Part shown: piece by piece, positions 1 through 8,591 of the stretch | Layout: each line of letters opens with the position of its first letter | Position numbering within the stretch: the first letter of the stretch is position 1 | NCBI RefSeq assembly: GCF_012571795.1 | Contig: NZ_CP046222.1 | Location: 60,819-92,818, forward strand | Direction of reading: 5' to 3' | DNA length: 32,000 nt | DNA from: Candidatus Saccharimonadota bacterium | GTDB taxonomy: Bacteria > Pseudomonadota > Gammaproteobacteria > Enterobacterales > Enterobacteriaceae | Position numbers and translations under genes: made by a program | Notes under the pieces: generated by a model | Told to the model about the DNA's origin: nothing | Seen by the model: only the letters and a program-made list of their open reading frames with translations | Database searches by the model: none

Positions 1-1744
1 AAATCATAGCAATTTTAGGTTGAATATTAAAATATCTTGCAGTTTGTTCAGATTGAATTGCTATTTCTGCTAATTGTTTATAATTAGGATTAGGATTAAT
101 AGCACAATCACTATATATTAATACTTTTGTTGGTAATAACATAAAAAATATAGATGATATTAAAGAATATTGTGTTGATGTCTTAATAATCTGTAATGCA
201 GGTCTAATAGTATTAGCAGTAGTTGTACTAGCACCAGCTACAATACCATCTACTTGTTTTTCTTTTAACATCATAGTTGCTAAAACCATATTATCTAATA
301 ATAATTTTTTTGCATCATAAATATTTAATCCTTTATGTTTTCTGATATCAACTAAAGCTTCAATATAATTATTACGAATTTTTGCAGGATCAATAATTTT
401 AATATTATCATTAATTAATAAATGGTTTTTATTAATAATATTCAAAATTTCTGTAACATTGCCTAATAATATACATTTTGCAATATATTTTTCTCCACAT
501 ATTAATGCTGCTTTAATAGTTCGTATTTCATTACCTTCTGGTAATAAAATAGTTTTATTCATTTTAGATGCTTTTTGTATTAGAAAATTTTTAAAAAATT
601 CTGGAGAATCATAAGTATTATGTATAATATTTTTTTTATAAAAAATATTTTTAGGTATATATTTACTTAGATATTGAATAATTGGATTTAATAATTCTTC
701 TTTTATAAAAATTGTATTATATATAGGAATTTTTTTTAACTTTTTATATAAGATCAAATTATTATCTGTTGTATAAGCAATATTAATATTTTTATTATAT
801 ATAATCTGTTTTAATATAGTTTTATCATATTGAGAATTATGATTTATATCTGTTATTAAAAGATTTTTTATATATGTTGTATTAGATAATAAATCACATA
901 TTTTTTGTATTAATTTATTATTTTTAATTGATAAAATAAATAAATATTTATTTGCATATTGTTCATTAAATATTAATTCTTCATATATAAACACAATATT
1001 TTTTATATTATATAAAAAATGTACATTTATATTATAACATGATAAATATTTATATATTTGTTTAATAGTTAAACCTAAAACATTATTTTTATTAAAAGGA
1101 ATATTATAAATATTAAATATATTATTTGTTTCTATAATATTTTCTTTATACAATTTTGTTTTGTGTTGTTTTAACAAATATTTTTTATTATATATATTAA
1201 AAAATAAATTATTATTAATATTAAAATTTTTAACAAAAATATATGTTTTATTAATATTAAAATCGTATATTTTATTCTTAAAAAGAATATTAATTTTTTT
1301 TATGATTAAATTATTGATTATATTATTTGGTTCAGCAGTAATAAATAATATTTCAACGCGAAAAATATTAGCAATTTTACAATTTAAATCAAAAATAAAT
1401 TGTTTTAAACATATTGGAAAAATGCCTTCTATAAAAATAATATCTGTATTATCTTTATGTTGAGAAAAATTTATAATTATATTTTGAATTATTTCATTAT
1501 ATTGATTAATATCATCAAACATATTAATGCTTTTAACTGATATAGATTTTATACATTCTATATTATAATTATTACTGATAACAGTTTGTGTTTTATTTAA
1601 ATTAAAATTTTCTATATAAGAAATAGGATTAAAAAACTTTAAATTATTATTATATGATTTGATATTTTTTATTAAACTAATATTAATATATTGAAAAAAA
1701 TCTATATCTATATCAACAGGTATTGACATAATAATTCTAACCAT
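1..1744 (-). CDS. pta: phosphate acetyltransferase Pta (3' end runs off the left edge of the window)
   Basis: Manual minus-strand translation from the ATG at 1744..1742 gives [11 protein letters not shown]..., like the E. coli Pta N-terminus MSRIIMLIPTG (from memory). My hand translation found no stop down to position 1, and position 7 is in frame with 1744. There the frame reads ...[25 protein letters not shown], like E. coli [26 protein letters not shown]. It is absent from the ORF track because no stop lies in the window. It sits immediately downstream of ackA, as in the E. coli ackA-pta operon. Confidence 0.9.
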   Translation of the reverse strand, partial: [581 protein letters not shown]

Positions 1745-1780
1745 AATTATATAATCCTATATTGTAATTTTTTTATGCAA

Positions 1781-2983
1781 TTATATTTTTAATATTTGTG
1801 CAGTATGTTGCGCTATAACTAATTCTTCATTAGTAGGAATAACCATTATTGGAATACTATCTTGTTCATTAATATAATTTATTTGCTTTTTTTGTACTTT
1901 TTGATTAAGTTCTTTATTTAATTTAAAATTTAATATTGATAATTTTTTTATAGTTTTTTCTCTTATTAATATACTATTTTCCCCAATTCCTCCAGTAAAT
2001 ACTAAAGCATCAATTTTATTATGCATTAATATGCTATATGATGCTATATATTTAGCTAAACTATTAATAAATATATTTACTGCTGTTTTAACTTTTATAT
2101 CAATTAAATAATTTTTTTCAAGATATCTAAAATCACTAGTAATATTAGTCAAACCTAAAACTCCAGATTGATTCATTAAAATATTACTAATATCATTTAT
2201 ACTCATATGTAATTGATTATACATATAAAAAATAACAGAAGGGTCAATATTACCACATCTAGTACCCATAACTAAACCTTCTAATGGACTTAATCCCATA
2301 GAAGTATCAATACTTTTACCTTTATAAATAGCTGTAACTGAAGAACCATTTCCTAAATGACATGTAATACCATTAAAATTTGTTAATGGTATTTTTAATA
2401 AATTAGCTGCTTGTTGAGATACAAATTGATGACTAGTACCATGAGCACCATATTTTCTAATTTTATATTTTGTATAAAATTTTAATGGTATTGCATATAA
2501 ATAAGATTCTGGAGACATAGTTTGATGAAAAGATGTATCAAATACTGCTACTTGTTTATTTTTTAAATGTGGTAAAAGATTAATAATTTCTTTTATACCT
2601 AATAATTGTATAGGATTATGTAAAGGTGCAAATACTGATGCATTATGTATTTCTTCTATAATTTTACTATTAATAATTACAGGTTGTGTATATTTTTCAC
2701 CACCATGTACAATACGATGCCCAACAGCTTTAATATTGATTAATATATTTTGATATTTTGTTAATATTTTAGTTATTAAATATTTCAATGCAAACCGGTG
2801 ATTAATATTACAATTAAAATTAATTATTTTATGTTGTTTATTATAAAACCATTTAATATAAGCATTATTGTTAAATTTTTCAGATATTCCAGATAATATA
2901 ATTTTTTGTGTTATAGCATTGATAAGAGAAAATTTTAAGGATGAACTACCACAATTAATAACTAATATAAATTTATAGCACAT
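1781..2983 (-). CDS. ackA: acetate kinase
   Basis: 400-aa ORF. The N-terminus FILVINCGSSSLKFSLI matches E. coli AckA LVLVLNCGSSSLKFAII. Length is right and it lies upstream of pta on the same strand. Confidence 0.95.
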   Translation of the reverse strand: MCYKFILVINCGSSSLKFSLINAITQKIILSGISEKFNNNAYIKWFYNKQHKIINFNCNINHRFALKYLITKILTKYQNILINIKAVGHRIVHGGEKYTQPVIINSKIIEEIHNASVFAPLHNPIQLLGIKEIINLLPHLKNKQVAVFDTSFHQTMSPESYLYAIPLKFYTKYKIRKYGAHGTSHQFVSQQAANLLKIPLTNFNGITCHLGNGSSVTAIYKGKSIDTSMGLSPLEGLVMGTRCGNIDPSVIFYMYNQLHMSINDISNILMNQSGVLGLTNITSDFRYLEKNYLIDIKVKTAVNIFINSLAKYIASYSILMHNKIDALVFTGGIGENSILIREKTIKKLSILNFKLNKELNQKVQKKQINYINEQDSIPIMVIPTNEELVIAQHTAQILKI

Positions 2984-3171
2984 ATATTAAACCTTTTAAT
3001 AATATTATTTATTAATAAATAATATAAAATAACATTTTTATTATTAAAATGTATGATTTTTTTTATTAATTTTATTAATTAAAAAAAATAATAATATTTT
3101 TTCATATTTATTTTATTTTAATATATACAAACATAATTAATTATTTTATAATGATTTATAATAGATTTTAT

Positions 3172-3242
3172 GGCGCATTGGCAGAATGGTTATGCAGAGG
3201 ATTGCAAATCCTTTTATTTCGGTTCAATTCCGGGATGCGCCT
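3172..3242 (+). tRNA. cysT: tRNA-Cys (anticodon GCA)
   Basis: GGCGCAT...ATGCGCC forms a 7-bp acceptor stem. The anticodon stem-loop is GGATT-GCA-AATCC and the T-arm is GGTTCAATTCC. The discriminator is T, as expected for tRNA-Cys. Close to E. coli cysT. No CCA is encoded (TTTA follows). Confidence 0.9.
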
Positions 3243-3263
3243 TTATGATTATATATTATTTAG

Positions 3264-3350
3264 GCCCAGATGGTGGAATCGGTAGACACAAGGGACTTAA
3301 AATCCCTCGACACTAATATTGTTGTGCGGGTTCAAGTCCCGCTCTGGGTA
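3264..3350 (+). tRNA. leuZ: tRNA-Leu (anticodon TAA), class II with long variable arm
   Basis: GCCCAGATGGTGGAATCGGTAGACACAAGGGACTTAAAATCCC...GCGGGTTCAAGTCCCGCTCTGGGTA is nearly identical to E. coli leuZ outside the variable arm. It follows cysT, as in the E. coli glyW-cysT-leuZ operon, but no glyW is present upstream here. No CCA is encoded. Confidence 0.9.
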
Positions 3351-3358
3351 ATATATAA

Positions 3359-4162
3359 TTATAATGTAAAAATATTATTATAAATATTATCAGGTATATT
3401 TAAATTTTTAGGATATGTAACTTTTACTAAATATAATCCATAAGGTTTAGCCGTAATACCTGCTTTTGTTCTATCTTTCGCATGAAGTAAATCCAATAAC
3501 CAAGTAATTGGTTTATTGTTTTTACCAATCTCTAATAAACTACCTACAATATTACGCACCATATGATATAAAAATGAATTAGCTTTTATTTGGATAAAAA
3601 TAAAAGATTGTTTTTTTAAAATACGACAATATATAATATTTCTTATAAAAGAATTAGATTGACAATTTTTAGATGTAAAAGATGTGAAATCATGTTCACC
3701 TACCAAAAATTGTGCAGCTTTATTCATATTATCTATATTAAGATGGTGTTTATAATGAGTAACTAAATAATTTAAAATACTGTTTCTATATGGGTAATTA
3801 TAAATGACGTAATAATATTTGCGTGCTATAGCACTAAATCTAGCATGAAATGTATGATGTACTGGTATTATCCATTGAATAACTATATCATATGGCAATA
3901 AACTATTAATTCCTAAAATCCAAGATTGTATTTTTCTAAAAGTATACGTTTCAAAATGTATAACTTGTCCTGTACTATGTACTCCTACATCAGTTCTTCC
4001 AGCACAAAAAATTTCTACAGTATGATTTGCTATTCTAGATATAGCAAATTCTATATGTTGTTGTATAGTATTTATATTATGTTTTTGTTTTTGCCATCCA
4101 TGATAATGGTAACCATTATATTCTACACCCATTGCAAATTTATATATTTTATTTATTAACAT
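3359..4162 (-). CDS. truA: tRNA pseudouridine(38-40) synthase
   Basis: 267-aa ORF. GVEYNGYHYHGWQKQ matches E. coli TruA GIEYDGSKYYGWQRQ. The catalytic motif GRTDVGVH (Asp nucleophile) is present. Confidence 0.9.
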   Translation of the reverse strand: MLINKIYKFAMGVEYNGYHYHGWQKQKHNINTIQQHIEFAISRIANHTVEIFCAGRTDVGVHSTGQVIHFETYTFRKIQSWILGINSLLPYDIVIQWIIPVHHTFHARFSAIARKYYYVIYNYPYRNSILNYLVTHYKHHLNIDNMNKAAQFLVGEHDFTSFTSKNCQSNSFIRNIIYCRILKKQSFIFIQIKANSFLYHMVRNIVGSLLEIGKNNKPITWLLDLLHAKDRTKAGITAKPYGLYLVKVTYPKNLNIPDNIYNNIFTL

Positions 4163-4312
4163 TATTGTATGTATCCAGAAATGTTTCTATATTCAAAAAA
4201 AAATTTTAGTTACATTTATAAAAAAATTATATAAGATAATTAATGTTAAATAAAATAAACTTGTATAATTTAAAATGTGTTTGTATTATTTATTAATAGA
4301 GTTATTAACATA

Positions 4313-5533
4313 ATGAAAATAAAACATCAAAATAATAAATTTAATAAAATATATTATTTAAAATTATTTATATTTGTATTTTTAATGTTTTTCAAAACAA
4401 TATATGGGCAAGAACATATATATACATTAAAAAAACCATCACCACATATTAATGCACCAGCATATATTTTAATAGATTATGATACTAATACTGTCTTACT
4501 TGAAAAAAACGCTAATGTTTTTCATAATCCTGCTAGTTTAGTGAAAATTATGACAAGTTATGTTATTGGACAAGTAATTAAATTAGGTTTAATTAATCGT
4601 AATGATATTGTAAAAATTGGTAAAAATGCTTGGGCTACAGGAAATAATCTTTTTCATGGTTCATCTTTAATGTTTTTAAAAGAAGGTGATTCTATACCAG
4701 TACATGATTTAATAAAAGGTATTATTTTACAATCAGGTAATGATGCTTGTGTCGCTATGGCAGAATATATTTCTAAAAGTCAAGATAATTTTGTGAATTT
4801 AATGAATTTATATGCTAAAGAATTAGGTTTAAATAATACATGTTTCAAAAATGTTCATGGTTTAGATGCATTAGGACAATATACAACAGCAAAAGATATA
4901 GCATTATTAGGTAGAGCTTTAATTCATAATTTACCTGAAGAATATTCAATATATAAAATTAAACATTTTACATTTAATAATATATATCAAACAAATCGTA
5001 ATAAATTATTATGGGATAAAAATTTACATGTAGATGGTATTAAAACAGGACATACTGAAAATGCAGGATATAATTTAATTGTATCTGCTAAAAAATATAA
5101 TATGAGACTAATTGCTGTAGTATTAGGTGAAAATTCTATAGAAAATAGAATGAAAGATAGTAAAACATTATTGTGTTGGGGATTTAAAAATTTTCATACA
5201 ATACATCCATTAAAAAAACATCAAAAAATTGCATCTTTACCAATTTTATATGGCAAATATGGTTCTATAAAAATTGGTGTAAATGAAGATATTCATATTA
5301 CATTTTTAAAAACACAAGAAAAAGATATAAAAATTATGTATCATATAAATAATAATAAAATTTTTGCACCAATTTATAAAAATCAAATATTAGGTTATAT
5401 GTGTTTTATAATCAAAAATCATATTGTAAAAATTTATCCTTTAATTGCATTATATGATTTACCTGAAGGAAATATCTTTATAAGATTATTAGATTATATT
5501 CGATTATTGTTAAGTAAATGGTTACATCAATAA
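4313..5533 (+). CDS. dacA: D-alanyl-D-alanine carboxypeptidase (PBP5/6 family)
   Basis: All three penicillin-binding motifs are present: SLVK (SxxK), SGN and KTG (GIKTGHT). The N-terminus has a hydrophobic signal-like segment. The ORF track starts at a GTG at 4277. I prefer the ATG at 4313 (MKIKHQNN...). The start is uncertain. Confidence 0.85.
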   Translation: MKIKHQNNKFNKIYYLKLFIFVFLMFFKTIYGQEHIYTLKKPSPHINAPAYILIDYDTNTVLLEKNANVFHNPASLVKIMTSYVIGQVIKLGLINRNDIVKIGKNAWATGNNLFHGSSLMFLKEGDSIPVHDLIKGIILQSGNDACVAMAEYISKSQDNFVNLMNLYAKELGLNNTCFKNVHGLDALGQYTTAKDIALLGRALIHNLPEEYSIYKIKHFTFNNIYQTNRNKLLWDKNLHVDGIKTGHTENAGYNLIVSAKKYNMRLIAVVLGENSIENRMKDSKTLLCWGFKNFHTIHPLKKHQKIASLPILYGKYGSIKIGVNEDIHITFLKTQEKDIKIMYHINNNKIFAPIYKNQILGYMCFIIKNHIVKIYPLIALYDLPEGNIFIRLLDYIRLLLSKWLHQ

Positions 5534-5549
5534 TTTATGTATATTAATT

Positions 5550-6176
5550 ATGTATAATAAAATTATTATTCGTTATCTTGGTATCGAACCGTGGAATATT
5601 ACATATAATAAAATGTATAATTTTAATATTAATAGAACTAATAACACATTAGATGAAATATGGTTAGTAGAACATACACCAGTGTTTACAAAAGGCAAAA
5701 CATCTGTACCAGATGATATGAAATTTAATAATCATAATATTCCAATATTTTTAACTGATAGAGGTGGTAAAATTACATATCATGCTCCAGGACAACAAAT
5801 TATGTATATTTTACTAAACTTAAAAAAAAAAAATATTAATATCAAAAAAATCATTTTTATTTTAGAAAAAACAATTATTAATACACTATTATATTTTAAT
5901 ATTTATGCACAACAAGGTAGTATTATTTATAATAATCCAGGAATTTATTATAATACCAAAAAGATAGCTTCTATAGGATTAAAAATTTCTAAAGGATGTA
6001 CACTACACGGATTAGCTTTAAATGTTAAAATGAATATGCGGCCATTTTCTTATATTAATCCGTGTGGTTTAAAAAATTTAAAAATGATACAAATAAAAAA
6101 TTTTATTCCTAATATTAAAATGTTCACAGTAAAAAAAATATTAATACATGAATTTATTTCTTTATTATATAGTTAA
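5550..6176 (+). CDS. lipB: octanoyltransferase (lipoyl(octanoyl) transferase)
   Basis: GGKITYHAPGQ, the GLKISKG...HGLALNV block and the NPCG catalytic-Cys motif all match E. coli LipB. It follows dacA as in E. coli, but ybeD is absent. Contains an in-frame A12 run (5822..5833). Confidence 0.9.
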   Translation: MYNKIIIRYLGIEPWNITYNKMYNFNINRTNNTLDEIWLVEHTPVFTKGKTSVPDDMKFNNHNIPIFLTDRGGKITYHAPGQQIMYILLNLKKKNINIKKIIFILEKTIINTLLYFNIYAQQGSIIYNNPGIYYNTKKIASIGLKISKGCTLHGLALNVKMNMRPFSYINPCGLKNLKMIQIKNFIPNIKMFTVKKILIHEFISLLYS

Positions 6177-6258
6177 ATGTTATGATTAATATTATGATGC
6201 ATAATATACTTTATATAAAATATTATATATTTTTAACATAAAAGTTCTAAATAAACGT

Positions 6259-7125
6259 ATGAAGCAAAAATTTTTAAAAAAACCTAATTGGATTAAAATT
6301 AAATTTTCAGAAAAAAATTTTAAACAAATTACATATATTAAAAATATTATTAAAAATAATAATTTACATTCAGTTTGTGAAGAAGCATCTTGTCCTAATC
6401 TTATAGAATGTTTTGGTAAGGGACAAGTTACTTTTATGATTTTAGGTAATATATGTACAAGAAATTGTTCTTATTGTAATGTAAAACATGGTAGACCTAT
6501 TATAAAAAAATATCATGATGAAGCATTAAACTTAGCTAATACAATTTTAAAAATGAAACTTAAATATGTAGTTATTACTTCGGTAAATCGTGATGATTTA
6601 CATGATGGAGGTGCACAATATTTTGTTGATTATATTCATCAAATTAAAATCAAGAATCCAAATATTAAAATAGAAATTTTAGTGCCTGATTTTAAAAATA
6701 GTATAGAAAAATCTTTAATAATTTTAGGTAAAGATTTACCTCATGTATTTAATCATAATTTAGAAACAGTAAAAAGATTACATAAACAAATCAGACCAGG
6801 TGGAAATTATCATAAATCATTAATTTTATTAAATAAATTTAAATATTTATATCCACATATTTTAGTAAAATCTGGACTAATGATAGGATTAGGAGAATCA
6901 TTTAAAGAACTTTATGAAACTATAAAAGATTTAAAAAATAATAATGTAGATATTTTAACTATTGGACAATATTTACAACCTACAAAAAAACATATTAATG
7001 TATATAAGTATTATAGTATAAAAGAATTTCAAAATATTCAAGAACAAGCTATGAGTATAGGATTTAAAAAAGTTATATGCGGTCCATTTATTCGTTCATC
7101 TTATAATGCAGAATATTATTCTTAA
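6259..7125 (+). CDS. lipA: lipoyl synthase (radical SAM)
   Basis: Has the radical-SAM CTRNCSYC (CxxxCxxC) motif plus the N-terminal auxiliary cluster motif CEEASCPNLIEC. 288 aa. Confidence 0.95.
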   Translation: MKQKFLKKPNWIKIKFSEKNFKQITYIKNIIKNNNLHSVCEEASCPNLIECFGKGQVTFMILGNICTRNCSYCNVKHGRPIIKKYHDEALNLANTILKMKLKYVVITSVNRDDLHDGGAQYFVDYIHQIKIKNPNIKIEILVPDFKNSIEKSLIILGKDLPHVFNHNLETVKRLHKQIRPGGNYHKSLILLNKFKYLYPHILVKSGLMIGLGESFKELYETIKDLKNNNVDILTIGQYLQPTKKHINVYKYYSIKEFQNIQEQAMSIGFKKVICGPFIRSSYNAEYYS

Positions 7126-7151
7126 CTTTAGTATTCTTTATATTTCTTATT

Positions 7152-7261
7152 TGCCTCTGAAAAGTTTATTTTTTAAATACATTTAGCTTTTTATATAAAA
7201 TTAAATATATAATATTTTATTTATTCTAAATATTTTTAAATTTTTTAAACCCTCAGAGGCA
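7152..7261. repeat. inverted repeat TGCCTCTGA / TCAGAGGCA (9 bp, GC-rich) bracketing about 92 nt of A/T; possible long hairpin or terminator between convergent lipA and cspE
   Basis: 7152..7160 is the exact reverse complement of 7253..7261. A second paired segment, GTTTA (7164..7168) with TAAAC (7247..7251), can extend the stem after small bulges. These are the only GC-containing words in an otherwise A/T spacer. Confidence 0.35.
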
Positions 7262-7310
7262 GAAATTTATTATCTTATAAAAATTACATATTATTAATTA
7301 TAACTACTAA

Positions 7311-7520
7311 TTAAATTGTAATTACATTAGCAGCGGAAGGACCTTTAGCACCATTAGTAATTTCGAATTCTACTCTTTGACCTTCAGCTAAAGTTTTAAA
7401 ACCACTACTTTGTATTGCAGAAAAATGTACAAAAACATCTTTACTACCATCTTCTGGTGTAATAAAACCGAATCCTTTAGATTCGTTAAACCATTTAACA
7501 TTACCTTTAATTTTGGACAT
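7311..7520 (-). CDS. cspE: cold-shock-domain protein CspE
   Basis: The 69-aa product [69 protein letters not shown] differs from E. coli CspE, as I recall it, at only about 4 positions. RNP1 (KGFGFI) and RNP2 (VFVHF) are intact. The ORF-track version (to 7628) adds an implausible 36-aa N-terminal extension. Confidence 0.95.
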   Translation of the reverse strand: MSKIKGNVKWFNESKGFGFITPEDGSKDVFVHFSAIQSSGFKTLAEGQRVEFEITNGAKGPSAANVITI

Positions 7521-7541
7521 CAACTTATTACCTTTTAACAT

Positions 7542-7568
7542 AAAAAATGACACTGAAAAGTGTGTCAT
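7542..7568 (-). promoter_or_regulatory. stem-loop plus U-tract in the cspE 5' leader (terminator/attenuator-like)
   Basis: On the minus strand: AUGACAC-ACUUUUCA-GUGUCAU followed by UUUUU. The 7-bp stem pairs 7547..7553 with 7562..7568. Its 3' end lies 26 nt upstream of the cspE ATG. Confidence 0.3.
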
Positions 7569-7713
7569 AACAAAGTACATCAAGTAATTATAATTTTGTC
7601 TAGTGAAACAAATTAAAAAAGTGATCAAGATCTAATTTTTTTATAAAAAAAAATAATTTTTTCTATTATTAGTATAATGAACTTAATAATTAATTAATTA
7701 TAGATAAAAACAC

Positions 7714-8484
7714 ATGTCATTATTGTTAGGGAAAAAGATACTTATTACTGGCATTTATAATAAATATTCTATTGCATATGGTATTGCACAAATAATGTTT
7801 AAACATAAAGCGGAATTGATTATTACTTATCAAAAAGAAAAATATAAAAACAAAATTTTAAGTTTAGTAAAACATATGACAAATAATCCAATTTTTAAAT
7901 GTGATTTTTCACAAGATGAAGATATAAAAAAATTATTTAGAAATATTACAAAAATATGGACTAATTTTGATGGTTTTGTACATTCTATTGCTTTTATGCC
8001 TTTTTATAAAATAAACAATAATTTTATTCAAAATATATCTCGTAATAATTTTAATATAACTCATGAAATAAGTTCTTATAGTTTGTTAGGTATGATTAAA
8101 GAATGTATAAATATATTAAATGAACATTCATCTATTGTAGTTTTATCTTATTTAGGTGCACAAAGAGTTGTTTCTAATTATCATATTATGGGTTCAGCAA
8201 AAGCTTCTTTAGAGGCTAATATTCGTTATATGGCATGTTATTTAGGGAAAAAAAATATTAGAATAAATTGTATTTCTTCTGCACCTATAAAAACTGTATC
8301 ATCAATGGCTATAAAAGATTTTAATAAAATTAAAAAATATTACAAAAAAAAAAGTCCTTTATCTTATCCAATAACAATATATCATATTGGAAATGTAGCA
8401 GTATTTTTAACATCTTATTTATCTGATGGCATTACTGGAGAAATTATACATGTTGATGGTGGATTTAATTTAATTGCCTTATAA
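7714..8484 (+). CDS. fabI: enoyl-[acyl-carrier-protein] reductase (NADH)
   Basis: 256 aa. GKKILITG...SIAYGIAQ, FDGFVHSIAF, the SYLGAQR...Y...AKASLEANIRY catalytic Tyr/Lys region and GEIIHVDGGF all align with E. coli FabI. Confidence 0.95.
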   Translation: MSLLLGKKILITGIYNKYSIAYGIAQIMFKHKAELIITYQKEKYKNKILSLVKHMTNNPIFKCDFSQDEDIKKLFRNITKIWTNFDGFVHSIAFMPFYKINNNFIQNISRNNFNITHEISSYSLLGMIKECINILNEHSSIVVLSYLGAQRVVSNYHIMGSAKASLEANIRYMACYLGKKNIRINCISSAPIKTVSSMAIKDFNKIKKYYKKKSPLSYPITIYHIGNVAVFLTSYLSDGITGEIIHVDGGFNLIAL

Positions 8485-8591
8485 AAATATTATTAAATAT
8501 AATATAAATTTGAAAAATTTATAAATAAGTGATAATTTTTATATGTACATAAAACTTTTTAAAAAATATTTTTATACAAAGGATAAAAATA

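Noticed and set aside
1161-1463. 100-aa + strand ORF from the six-frame track
   Set aside because: It lies entirely antisense to the well-supported pta reading frame. Its I/L/K/F-only low-complexity product is typical of chance ORFs in A/T-rich DNA.
3926-4159. 77-aa + strand ORF
   Set aside because: It is antisense inside truA, with no recognisable motifs.
7521-7628. 36-codon in-frame N-terminal extension of cspE in the ORF track ([11 protein letters not shown]...)
   Set aside because: Csp proteins are about 70 aa, and the alignment with E. coli CspE begins exactly at the Met encoded at 7520. The extension covers the leader hairpin and has no SD. It is an open frame by chance.
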